This document shows positions 11,851 to 24,406 of a stretch of 64,000 nucleotides of DNA, piece after piece. The translations under genes and the position numbers were made by a program. The stretch is from Callorhinchus milii (lineage: Eukaryota). The notes under the pieces were generated by a model. That model saw nothing but the letters and a program-made list of their open reading frames with translations. It was not told the DNA's origin and made no database searches. Each line of letters opens with the position of its first letter. Position 1 is the first letter of the stretch. The stretch covers positions 81,718,001 to 81,782,000 of the forward strand of contig NW_024704742.1 in NCBI RefSeq assembly GCF_018977255.1. The letters run 5' to 3'.

Positions 11851-12644
11851 AAGGTACTGTTAGAGTTTAACTAGCTAAAACTGCTTAGCTTGTCGTTGAA
11901 GCTTTTCACTGCTTGTCCAGCTAGGCCCATGGCTTGCAGGGTTAATATTAGCCGAGTGAGTAAAATGCCAATGAGCTTCAAAAAGCTGTATTTATGAATG
12001 TGCCACATTCTGCTCCTTCTGAAATGCTATATGAATAAAGTATATCTTCACCCAGGCTGAATTTTTCCCTATAGGTTTCCTAACCTAATTGGCATTTGGG
12101 TGTAGCTAAAAATTCTCTGTACTTTTGAGAACAAAGTTGCTATCTGAGCAGCCTGTGCTACTTACTGGCTATTATCCATCACAATACAGTATAATGAAAG
12201 ACCTTTCTAAACAGTCTCTGTAATTCACACATTATATTTAAGACTGTTCCTGGAAGCTTTCAGTGGGGTAGAAATTAAGGATTATTGTTGCAACCAGGAG
12301 AGGTGCACTAAGTAAATGTATCCTTGTCTTCAGGCATTCTTGTGGACACAATTCAGAATAATAACTGCCTCTTGTAGCACCTTTAACTTCTTGATACACT
12401 GCTCCTCTGACATGCCAGACTAATTCTTTTGTGGAACAGATCTTGCACTAGGTTGATATGTATCGGCAGCTGTTGTATCATCAAAGATAATTGTGTCCGC
12501 TGGCCACTGTCTCTTCTTACTCCATTACCAGATACTCTACAAAGATGCTTGCCCATGATTTTATAGTCAGGATATATTAAGATTACAGCAAAAGGAAATG
12601 CAACTCAAAAGCATCCTTCTCCATATGTTTCTATGTCAGGCTGG

Positions 12645-13005
12645 CACTGTCATAAGCAGTTTCATCTCTGAGTCAGAAGATTGTGGGTTCAAGCCCCATG
12701 TTGGGAATTTAAGCAAATATAATCTAGGCTAATGCTCAAGTGCGGTGCTGGGGTTGTGGTTAAACCGAGGTGTTGTCTGCCCATTTGGGTGGATATTAAA
12801 AATCCCATGGCACGATTCAGAAAGAGAAGGAAGTTTCTCCTGGTTTTCTGACCCACAATCCCCCAGCTAAAATCTGTCATTCATTCTATGGAACATTTTG
12901 GATGTTGCTGCATTCACATACAAAATTTAGAGAAAATCCTGTGAAGTGCTTTGAGACTTCTTCCCGATGTGAAATGTGCTATATCAGACTTTAGGATTAT
13001 TATAA
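12645..13005 (+). mobile_element. Old Deu-domain SINE
   Basis: Head 'tctctgagtcagaagattgtgggttcaagcccc' and Deu block 'ttaaaccgagg...gtctgcc...gtggatattaaaaatcccatggcacgatt', as in AmnSINE1/SacSINE1-type elements. Confidence 0.75.
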
Positions 13006-14269
13006 TAAGTGTTGTTTTTCTGAATATCCTAATAGGAGAGAGAATATACTGGAGGGTGAGCTTCATTCTTCCGTATCTCATCTCCATTTATTTCCTACCA
13101 GATTGTTAGTGACACAAACCTAAAATATAAATTCAAAAAAATCTAATAATTTATGTAACTTTCTGTAATACTTTATGCAACTGATTGAAAGACATTAATC
13201 ATCATGTAATATCATAGCATTTTTTGATACAACCTTAATTACGTTGAATTGTCTCAGAGCTTCACCAAGTTTTTCTGTAAAGTGCAATGAATTTGTAAGT
13301 GAACATGCAACAATATCCAAATAAACAGCCATGAAGTGGATGGCCAATTTAATTTGGAGGATTATTTGGCAGGGGAAACTCCCTTCTCTTTACAAATAGT
13401 GCCATGGGACCGTTAACACCACCTAAACAGACAGGCAGGACCTCAGTTTGACATCTGATCTGAATGACAATACAGCACTCTCCTCACCTGTGGCATCAGC
13501 TTGGACCCCAACAAAGTATGATTTCATTTTTATGCATGGAGATTTTAAACAAAATTGCATTGAGTTTTCTGCTTTAGCAAATTCAGATATGTACAAGCCT
13601 TTTCTTTCAGTCCCTTACTTTATGCCCTTGCACTGAAATGCTAAATATCGTTGACTGAAGATTTTTCATGATGATCCCCTATTGAACGGCAGAGGACAAG
13701 AGTCCTCTTTAAATGATATCCCCAGGCAATATAAAACAATGTTTGCTGGATGTCACAAAGCATAAATGATGGCCTGCTTTTTAACAGTCATCAAAGTTTT
13801 CAAAAATGTTCAATTAACTTTTCCTATGAGTATAATAAAATCAATATTGATGCCAATTTTTAAATTACAGTTATTGATCTGTTTCCCCAAAGTCTTGTAA
13901 CTCATTTACTGTCACTTGGGAAGTAATAGTTTACCTCCATAATCCTGATGTGCCAGTTAAGGTTTGTACAATATTTCATTAACTCTAGGGTATGTCAACA
14001 GTTAAATGTTCCCCAGTGTTGTTTCATGAGAGAAAAATACTCATAACTCAGAGCTCTAAAGGCAATTTTGAGCCACAGATTGTCAGTGCTAGAACATTGT
14101 CACAAGTTAACTTATTTACATAGTCTATGGTTTAAATTGTTTAAGTGGTTATGCAAATTGGGAAAACATCAGGTAATGGTTGTATCTATCGAACATGAAA
14201 GACTATTCTGTGTTAATTAGATTTTAATGTTCTGTCTGAAATGAATTGACATTTGCTTTAATAGTGAGT

Positions 14270-14620
14270 GACTGCTTTGAACTTATAGTCTGGACTGACA
14301 CTGCAATACAGTGCAGTGGGGTGAGGCTTCATAGTCCTAGATGCTTTTTCATGTTCAGGCGGTCATTAAAGATCTCATGACCCTATTTGAAAAGAAAAGA
14401 GAATTTCTCCAGGTGCCCTGGTCAAGATTCCCAGATAAAATGAGTATTTCACTTCATGATGTTTGTGGAACACTGCCTTGTGTAAATTGACTGCCACATT
14501 CGCCTGAAAAATACACACCCATTTGATATATAAAATGTAATTATTATTATTATTATTACTTCACAGGATATCCTGCGAAACCTTTTGAAATATGCTACAT
14601 CAAATGCAAGGATTATTAAT
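14270..14620 (+). mobile_element. Old Deu-domain SINE, degraded
   Basis: 'ttaaagatctcatgaccctatttgaaaagaaaagagaatttctccaggtgccctggtcaa...gtttgtggaacactgc'. Confidence 0.65.
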
Positions 14621-17600
14621 ATTATTGATTACACTAATTTCACTGGATTAAAATCTACTGAAAATCCTTACCTTTGTCATATTCAGTAAATGTTTCCAAG
14701 TTGTACCTGAGTGCATTCACACAAATAAACACTAAATCTGCACTGAATTAACTAACTGATATTTGCCCTGAACTGTAAAGCATATTTGGAGACAGATCAG
14801 TGATAACTCATTGTTTTTTACAAGTTCTGGAAGAATTGCATTTAGCTACACCGTTATCCTTAAAATCTGGTACCTCTACAAATGCTCTGTTTGCTGCTAT
14901 TTACATCTTTTACCTTTGGATGAATTCCCAAATTCCAAAGATATTCAATGCACACAATTTAGAAAGTATACCATGTCACCAATTCAGTTATGTTTAGTAT
15001 GTAAATCTAGCTATAGTATTTCCTAAACTCACAACTATAGTGCAATCATAATGTAGCATTTGTGTACTGAATGTTTGATACACTTCTTGACATTTCTAAA
15101 TCAATTCAAATGTAATAGCTTTTCCTACCTCAAATCAGTTTCCTTGTAGGGTTCTAACAGAACCACAGCATTTGGACAAAACAAGTAGAATGACAAGCAA
15201 TTTTGCTTGTGAATTCACATGAGATGTCACATTAGTTCGGCTGAACGTACAAAATAAAGAGAAGAAATAAGCCCAACAGCTCATAATGCATTTGGTGAAT
15301 TTAAATGTACTCTGACCTTGAGTGGAATCCAGCCCAGAAATTAAATTGTTCTCTATAAATCTTTACAGATCGCTCACGCCTTTTGAATGCCAAAACTATA
15401 TAAAAACACTTCACTGGTTGGTAGATTTATAGACTTGAAATCCCATCATCACCTCATGCCACTAAGGCGGGGTAAATTTGCTGATGTTTGGACAATTGCC
15501 CTTTACAATTTTAAACCTATGTCCTCTTGTTCTACTGTATTGATGTATATGTCCTAGGTTTACCTTTTCATCCAATTCTAAATTTTACATACCTTTATGA
15601 GATCCCTTCTGGCTTGTCTTGTCTAAAGATTGGACTTGCTGTGCTTGTGCTTTCAGAAATGCCAATGATTCAGTTTCCTCTTGAACACCATTGCAAAGGC
15701 CCAATCAGTGCCTGTGAATTGATGTTGCACGTGGGCCATTTACTTCCCTACGCGTGTTGACACATATGCAAATAACAATGGCACAAAAGGGGGAATAACA
15801 ATGGTACCGTAGTGAACAATTAATGATGCAAAGCAAATGCACAAACCATCCAAAAAATAATGCATGCCGAAAAATGCCCAAAGTGCTGTCATTTCATGCA
15901 ACATGAATAGAATAGGACTGAAATTAGGGTTATTGTTAAAATTAGGGTAATTATCCCTGAAGCCTCACCAATTATTTGTAATTGTGAAGTGAATTTATAC
16001 AATGAGCTGGCTAGTTACCTGGCTAATAATATGGAGGGTGGAATGGGCCATAGTTTACAATAGACTCCATTGTGTTATGGACTAGGTGTGTAGAATCTGT
16101 TATGAAACACTACATTTTCCATTTATTCTTAAATACAGACCACGAATGCGATACTGAACACTAAGCTCAATGCTTGGAAAGAAGCCAGTTTCATGGATTC
16201 CCACTAGCAGCTCCAATTGTGGTCCCTAACCTTTGAACTGGCATTTTATTACCATTTTGTGTGATCCCGACTGAATTCAGATGTTATCCCAAAAGGCTGA
16301 GAAGCAACTGAGGAGCAATTTGCAATTTCAACCTCTCCCTTAAATCTAGAAGAGGGAACTGTGTGCGCTCCTAACATTGTGAGCACACACATTCGCCCAC
16401 AAAATATACAGTCAATTCAGTTTATAGTATATCTTGTGAAGTACTTTGTGACATCTCAACATCAATTATTATTACTGTTATTATTGTTACTTATTTAATT
16501 TTTCTGAAAGTTTAAAAGGAGACTGATTTACAATATGAAGGGATCTTTCGAGTCAACTTTTGAAATATATTTCCCCCCATCCCCACTCTCCAAATCGTCC
16601 AACCTTTTGGTTTTGACTTTGTGGCCAACCATCCTCCAAAATAAAATTGTTACTCACTACATGGCTGTTTGTGGGACATTGCTAAACACTACTGGGCATT
16701 TCGCCCACAAAATACGCAGTCAGTTTATTCACTTTACAGTTCACTCTATGAAGGCATTGAGATATCTCACTGACGTGACAAGGCACAATATCAAGTACAA
16801 GGATTATTTTTTTTCGGGATGTGCCAAGTTATCCAGCAAACTGACATACAAATCATATCTTTACTGATGTCCTCTGAACCCTGATAAAGTGCACAGATGT
16901 CAGTCCTCAGTGGGATGCTGTATATGGCAACATTCCCCAGAATACGGCCTTGCCACCCAATTGCATCACTTGGTGCCAGAATCATACTATTGCTAGCGAT
17001 CTTAAGAGTGAGGGAGCTATTTGAAATTGTCCCGTAATTAATGTTGTGGTGTTCCCCGATAACCTTCAACCTGGGCGGAAAAGACAAATCAGTTGCAGAT
17101 TTTTACCAAGTTTATCTTTTTTTCCCCCTATGTCAAATATTCCCCCTCAACTTTCTCCTATTTTCTGACATGAAAAAAAACAATTCAGCAAAAAATAGAA
17201 AGAAAAATACCCAGGGTTTTGTTTTGTAGATAAAAAAATACTTTTAATGGTGCTTAACTATAGAATAAAATACAATACCAATACAATCGCCAAGATCCTT
17301 AATGAGGGTGGGAAACCAAAACTTATTCTGGGCTTTGTGAGAATCATTTAATTTAAGAGCTTGTGACTGAGAGCATCACAAATTGTCCAATTATTTCTGA
17401 AGCCAAATTGTTAATTGGAGGGGAAGGTATCCTAACTGCAAATAGCTTCTACTGCTTCCATATGACAAGATTGCTTGCCACTCAGATGGGATCACATAAT
17501 ATATCATAGACAACTGAATAGATAAATTGTTCACAGCTAATTCTTCAAACATGGTTTGATAACCTGAGCATTGGCGGTCTCCAGAGAGAGTAGCGTTTTT

Positions 17601-18254
17601 AGGGTAACAGTTTTGAAGCCCTGCATATCAGATGACATTTCAAACACATACTGTTTAATGTTCCCCACTTTATCCACAGAGGAAACATTCTCTGTTGAGT
17701 AGAAGAGGATTCAAACCTAATTTTATACATTATCATAGCGATGTATGACAATGACAGTCTGGGATGCTACACTGTGTGAGGTTCACTATATAAATGCAAG
17801 CTGTTATGATATGAAATAGCAATATTCTATAATGAATAAGCGTGGGATTAGAAAAAAACGCAACATGTAACAAATATATTTATTCATCATTTATATCAAG
17901 GCTGTAACTTTTAAATGTTTGATGCAGTGTACTAAATGCTGAATAGGCTGTTGTCCCATTGCATTTGATTATATAGTGGTACAAATTGAGCAGACTGAGT
18001 AATACAAGAATCATTCACTGACAATAATCTCCTGCGGTGCCATCCTAACTGTACAACCGCTATTCCAACATTATAGGACAAGCTTCATCAGGTGATAATT
18101 CGATTCCTCACTTTCTGACAATGATCCTCTGAAAGCTCCAACAGATTTATATTGTGATCAAACGATTATATCATCTCCACCTCTCTCACACCCTCCACCC
18201 CACCCACCCTTCTAACTCTAAAACTCTAAATCATTCTTGTAGCTATATTATTTA

Positions 18255-18762
18255 TAGCTCTGCAGCTTGTGCACTCTTGCGCACCAGGCTCCGTGACCCA
18301 TCACTCCCACCCTCACCCGACTCCACTGGCTCCCCATCTCTCAGAAGATCAAATTCAAGATCCTCATCCTCACCTTCAAGGCCATCCATGGCCTTGCCCC
18401 CTCCTACCTCTCTGACTTGCTGACTCCCTACCAACCTGCCTGCTCCCTCCGTTCAGCGGGCTCCGGCCTGCTCCATGTCTCCTGCCCAACCCGCCCTACC
18501 ATCGGTGGGCGAGCTTTCAGCCTCTCTGCCCCACACTCTGGAACTCCATCCCATGGTCCCTTCACCTCGCTTCCTCCCTTGCCTCCTTCAAAGCCGGTTT
18601 TAAGACCCTCCTCTTCGATCGTGCTTTCAATTGCCCTCCCACTCTCTGCCTTCCCTCACCCCATCTCCATACTCGGGTCCGGACCCCTGACTGTCCAGTG
18701 CCTTGGGACGTCCTCCCGACGTGAAAGGCACTCTATAAATGTCATTTTGTTGTTCTTGTTGT
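18255..18762 (+). mobile_element. L2 LINE 3' end (same family as 20856-24345)
   Basis: Aligns over ~500 bp with the reverse complement of 20856-21365; encodes a frameshifted LHWLPISQKIKFKILILTFKAIHGLAPSYLSDLL block; (GTT)n tail. Confidence 0.93.
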
Positions 18763-20611
18763 TATGTTTAACTTTGCAGCTCATAGAAAATGTGGTGAGT
18801 ATAGCAATTATTTTCTGAAATTGGTTATGATAAAGAGCACTGAAATTCATGCTCTCTCTCCCCTGTGCCAGAAACATATTATTTCCACTCGGGATTGAAA
18901 CCTCTACTAATCTTGCAAAGTATAGTTCTTCAATAATTATCACTGCAAGCTGCAGTGATAATTTAGCACCAAACATTTACACCGGCATGGTCAGCAGTAG
19001 CCACATGGCAGTGTGTCAGAGTGTCCCAGACCCATTCGGCAACAAAACACACAGTTATTGCACTTTATAGTTCAACCTGTCAAGGGCTTTGAGATATTCC
19101 TCTGATATGTAAAGTGCTTTATCAAAAGCAAGCACTATGATCATTAAGGCACCATGGAGAAGGAAAACTTGCCTCCAAATACAGTCACTACACTTTACTC
19201 TAAAATCCTGTGAAGCACTGTAAGGCAATCTGACGACATGATAAGTTGCACTACATCAAATGCAAGGATAGTTATTATTATTAGAAGGAACAAGCAAACA
19301 AAATGCCGTGAGAAGCGTAGGATGGAAGCGAACTGTCAGAGAATTGGTGAAGAAAACGTCCCCGAGGCTTTCAGATGATTTTTTAAGAAAAGAGCTGAAG
19401 AAGTAGGAAGTTTAAGTGAATTGAAGAAGAAGGAAAGGAAAGAAATTGTAAAATGGGTCACTGAGGATTTTTGTAGTCAGCATTAGAGCTGTAATTTTAT
19501 GGTGGAGAGGGGGCAATAAATGTAACGTGAAGTGAGAGCAATCAGTGGCCTTTCACTCACAGAGATGGAAGAGCCTGTCACAGACACACACAACTAATCA
19601 GCTCTCGACACTGACTGATATTCACACCCACATCTAAATCTATCATATTGACCGAATACTGTTTACCGTTTACTCAGTGGATGAATAAACTGGAGGTAAT
19701 GTACAGCACCTAGGCAAATAGATCATTAATTCTCCTTAATTTGCTGCATGAAGTTTAAATCTTCCCTCCGTAAACGGATTCCGTTTCCTCTCCGTCCAAT
19801 TTAAAATCTGCTGTGTGTCAGTTGCACAGGTGCTGACTTTCTTTCACAAAGTTGCTGTGCCTGATCCCAATATCTGGCCTCATGACTGCATTGCCGTTTG
19901 GAATTAAATGCATCTCAGCATTTAATAGCATGTTAATTTCAAACATTAGGAAAGCTAAGGGTTTATCTACCAGGGTAAGCTGTGCAGGGCTTTCAGATGT
20001 CGTTTGCTTGCCAAAGCTGATGTCTTACTTCATCATTTCTCGCTTTGCAAAGCAATGCTTTCAAAATTTAAATGTGGAGTTAATTGCATAGCATTAATGT
20101 GTTCTTTTTTTATTAACCACAAACTGTACTATCAAATGGTTCCTTAATGGATCGTAAATTCTCTGTTCTGCACTGATCAGCATCATTGTGAGCTCCTGTT
20201 GGCACATTGGTGATTATTTGGCATTTAATTAATTGGGACTCCAAAAGTCTGCACTGGTGTAAATTTTAATTGGACAAAGAGTAAGTAAGCATTTTCTAAG
20301 TGAAAATATTGATAGCAGAACCTGGCTGCTGTCCAGTTGCTATTTACAGGCCAAGGAGAAGAAAATCCAAAAAGATTGTTAACAAACAAACTGTTTTACT
20401 AGACTCATCCTTACCTGTAGCTAAACAAGCACCAAATGATAAGTCAACAAGTTACCTAAAGCTAGGGCTGTGCAGTGATCTCAATCAGAGGTATGGATCG
20501 ATTAAAAAACTAGTTTTATTAACCTGATTTATTAAGCGTAAGAGCACCATAGAAAATAATTTTCCAAACAGCTGGATAATTGGATATGATCATACATACT
20601 GTAAAATACAT

Positions 20612-20815
20612 TAGAATATACAGCATAGAAACAGGCCGTTCAGCCCAACTGGTCTATGCCGGTGTTTATGCTCCATATGAGCCTCCTCCTGCCCTTCCTC
20701 AACTAAGCTTTCAAGCATAACCTTCTATTTCTTTCTCCCTCATATACCTATCCAGCTTCCCCTTAAATACATCTATGCTATTTGCCTCAACAACTCCTTG
20801 TGGTAACATGTTCAA
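20612..20815 (-). mobile_element. CR1 LINE 3' end
   Basis: 'tacagcatagaaacaggccgttcagcccaactggtctatgccggtgtttatgctcca'; close sister copies at 26704-26795 and ~57320. Confidence 0.8.
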
Positions 20816-20855
20816 AATCTGCAATAGCTTCCCAGCACCAAATATCTCTTATACT

Positions 20856-23800
20856 TAACAACAACAAAATTACATTTAAAGAGCGCCTTTCACATCGGGA
20901 GAACGTCCCAAGGCACTGGACAATCAGAGGTCAGGACCCGAGTATGGGGGTAGGGTCCCAACCTCTGACTGTGGGGTAGGGGTGAGGGAAGGCAGAGAGG
21001 TGGGAGGGCAACCAAAGGCACGTTCGAAGAGACCAGCTTTGAAGGAGGTAAGGGAGGAAGTGAGGCAAAGGGACCATGGGATGGAGTTTCAGAATGTGGG
21101 GTCAGAGAGGCTGAAAGCCCGGCCACCGATGATAGGGCAGGTCGGGCGGGAGACATAGAACAGGCTGGAACCCGCTAAACGGAGGGAGCGGGCAGGTTGG
21201 TAGGGAGTCAGCAGATCAGAGAGGTAGGAGGGGGCAAGGCCATGGATGGCCTTGAAAATGAGGATGAGGATCTTGAATTTGATCCTCTGAGGGATGGGGA
21301 TCCAGTGGAGTCGGGCAAGGGTGAGAGTGATGGGGTCACGGAGCCTGGTACGCAAGAGTACACGAGCTTCAGAGTTTTGGATGACCTGCAGCTTGTGAAG
21401 GGAAGAGATGGGAATGCCGATGAGGAGGGAGTTTCCATAATCGAGACTTGATGTGACGAATAACTGAGTGAGGGTTTCAGGAGTCTGAGGGGTGAGGCAG
21501 TTGCAGAGTCTGGCAATAATAATAATAATAATAATAATAATAATCCTTGCATTTGATATAGTGCTTTTCACGTCGGGAGGACGTCCCAAAGCGCTTCACA
21601 GAACACACTGTAAAGTGAATTGACTGTATATTTGTGGGCGAACGCGGCAGCCAATTGTGCACAGCAATGTCCCACAAACAGATTGAAAATGACCAATTTT
21701 ATTATTGTTTTTGGTTTTGGAGGGATTATTATTAGGTGTGTGGAGTAAGGAAACTTGCCCAAGGTTTCGCCCTCTGCCTGGAATTGAACTCAGGTCTCTC
21801 GCTTGCAAAGTGAGTGCTCTAACCACTGAGCTACAGGACTCCACATGTTGTGGAGGTAGTGTTTCTGATTGACTTAGTGAGGTTGAGTGTGCAGTCGTGG
21901 AGGCTGATGCTGCCAGCGCCCGAGTTGGGCCTCGGTCTTGCTAACGTTCGTCCAGGACTTGATGTCAGACAGGCAGTCGGTCAGGACGCCAGTGGTCCTG
22001 GAGTTGACGATGGAGGCAGAGAGATAGAGTTGGGTGTCATCCGCAAATATGCGGAAATTTACCCCATGTCTGTGGATGATCTTGCCAAGAGGCAGCATGT
22101 AGAGGGTGAAAAGGAGGGGACCGAGGACAGAGCCCTGAGGAATGTTGCACAAGACGGTGCGGGGGCTGGAGGAGAAGCTGTTTGCAGAGACAAAGTGGAG
22201 GCGGTGTGAAAGGTAGGATCTGAACCAGTCAAGGACAGAACCTTGAAGGTTGAGGTGGGAGGAGAGGCGGTGGAGGAGGATTGAGTGGTCCACGGTATCA
22301 AAGGCGGCGGAGAGATCGAGGAGGATGATGAGGCAGAGGGAGCCCTGGTCACATATGGTCAGGATGTTATTTGTGACCTTGACCATAGCAGTTTCCGTGC
22401 TGTGGGCAGCACAGAAACCCGATTGGAGGGTTTCATGGAGGGAGTGGGAGGAGAGGAAAGAGCGAAGCTGGGAGGTGATGGCTCTCTAAGACAGAAAAAG
22501 GAGGTGGGAGATGGCCCGGTAGCTGGATTGCTGGGTCAAGGGAAGGTTTCTTCAAAGTGGGGCTTATAGTGGCTGTTTTGAGGGGGATAAGAACAGTGCC
22601 AGATGACAGGGAGAGGTTGATGATGTCGGCGAGTAGTGGGGCAAGGAGGTGGAGCTGGGATTTAAGGAGAGGGGTGGGGATGGGAGCAGGTGATGAGCCT
22701 CATGGAGGATATGGTGGTGATGACAGGGGAGGGGGTGACAGGTTCAAAGGTCTGAAAGGAGGGATGGGTAGTGGTCGGAGTGTGGTGGGGGAGGTTTAGG
22801 GAGAGGGTGGAAGTTGGGAGGGCAGTGGCAGCTGAGCGGATTCCCTCAATTTTGGTGTCAAGGAATTCCAGCATTTCCTCACAGTGGGAGTCGGAGGAAA
22901 GAACCTGTGAGGCATGGCGGGGAGGGCGGAGGAGCCAGTTGGTGGTGGAGAACAAGAGCCTGGGGTTGCCCTTCGCCGCCAAGATTAACCTGGAGTAGAA
23001 GGATGATTTGGCCGAGGTGAGAGCGGAGCGATAGGTTTTGATGTGGTCCAGCCAGATGTGCCACTGGACCGTTAGGCTGGATTTGAGCCATGTATGTTCA
23101 GCAGCCCACACCTGGGCCTTGAGCGAGCGGAGGTAGCTGGTGAATCAGGGTTAGGATTGGGAATAGGAGGCAGTTTGGGAGGTGAGGGGGGCAAAGGCGT
23201 CAAGTGTGGTGGAGAGGATGCTGTGGAGGAGAGACGGTGGTAGATTTGGAGACAGTGGGGAGAGGGATATAGTGTTGCGGGAGATGAAATGGTGGTCAGA
23301 GATGGCCTTGTCAGTGATGGTGACATCCGAGACCCTGATGCTCTGGGTAATCACCAGGTGGAGCGGGTGGCCATGAATGTGTTTAGCAGAGTGGATGTGA
23401 AGGGAGAGGTTGAGAGAGGAGAGGAGACGTCTAAGGAGGTGGAGCAAGAGGGGGTGAAGTGGAGGTTGAAGTCGCCTAGGATGAAGAGGCGGTCGGAGCA
23501 GAGTCAGAGGGAAGCTGGAAGGGTGGAGATGTCAGAGATGAAGGTGGGAGAGTATTTTGCGGGGTGGTGAATTAGGAGAATTTTTAGTGAGAGATGGGAG
23601 GGATGGCAGAGGGCAAGGTGTTCAAAAGAGGGGAGTGAGCCAGCATTGGAGATGAAGGCCACACCACCGCCACGACGGATGGGGTGTGGGGCATGGTGTT
23701 AGATATAGCCACGTGGTGTGGCCTCAGTGAGGGGGAAGGTGTCACCTGGGTGATCCAGGTTTCCGTGAGGGCCATAATATTGGAGATGGAGCGCCCATTT

Positions 23801-24345
23801 TGAAGGCCAATGTGGAGCGGACATATGGCAGGGGCATGTGTGGGATAGGAGGGGATAGTGGATTGGTTGGCAGGGAGGGTAGGGATGCGGATGAGGGAGG
23901 AGAGGTTAGACTCCGGGGTCTGGGTCCGGGGTGGCTTGCAGCGGTAGTGGGGAATGGGACAGTCGATGTGGCTGCTGCTGGACAACGAACACTGAGTGCC
24001 ACGATGAGCCCGGCGGAGGATTCCCAGGCTGGAGCAGAGGAAGGCAGTGGGGGGGGGGGGGTTAAGCAGAGATAGGAGGTGGGGAGGGCGGAGAGAGAGA
24101 GCAGGACAGAGCGGGAAAGTTGCAGGCAGGGAGGTATTTTGAGGGAGGGCCAGTTTGGGTCAGGGGCAGCAGCCAAGATACGCACTCTGGGACGAGAGTC
24201 GACGGGTTTAGTGGGACATTGTCAGCCTGCAGGAGGCTGTGGCGCAGAGTGGGGAGGGCGCTCATTGTGGTTAGCAACGAGCAGCCTGCAGGGGAAGGAC
24301 GGGGAGGGAGACAGACTGAGGATGGGAGGGAGGGAGACACTGATA
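20856..24345 (-). mobile_element. Near-full-length decayed L2 LINE (APE endonuclease + reverse transcriptase), frameshifted and interrupted by a SINE
   Basis: APE motifs LQNGRSISN..IMALTETW (23584-23985) and HIHGHPLHLVI..ISDHHFI (23151-23447); RT motifs LLDLSAAFDTVDH, PQGSVLGPLLF, FADDTQLY (21874-22386); C-terminal VTSSLDYGNSLL..LHWIPI (21089-21514); (GTT)n tail at 20856. The 5' boundary is approximate. Confidence 0.95.
21515..21844 (-). mobile_element. Young full-length SINE inserted in L2 ORF2
   Basis: Complete head-to-(ATT)n copy; the L2 frame ...LHNI|ARL... resumes on the other side. Confidence 0.95.
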
Positions 24346-24390
24346 TAAGCTATACTGTACTGTACCCACTACCAGATTCAAACCTGGTGG

Positions 24391-24406
24391 GCGGAAGTGA
24401 CGTCAC
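24391..24406. promoter_or_regulatory. Overlapping ETS-CRE composite motif GCGGAAGTGACGTCAC
   Basis: Exact ETS core CGGAAGTG overlapping a full CRE TGACGTCA, with both CpGs intact. Function not shown. Confidence 0.5.

Noticed and set aside
21874..22386. Reverse transcriptase ORF as a novel RT system (retron/DGR-like)
   Set aside because: Motifs, the upstream APE fragments and the 3' tail identify a frameshifted L2 LINE in vertebrate DNA.
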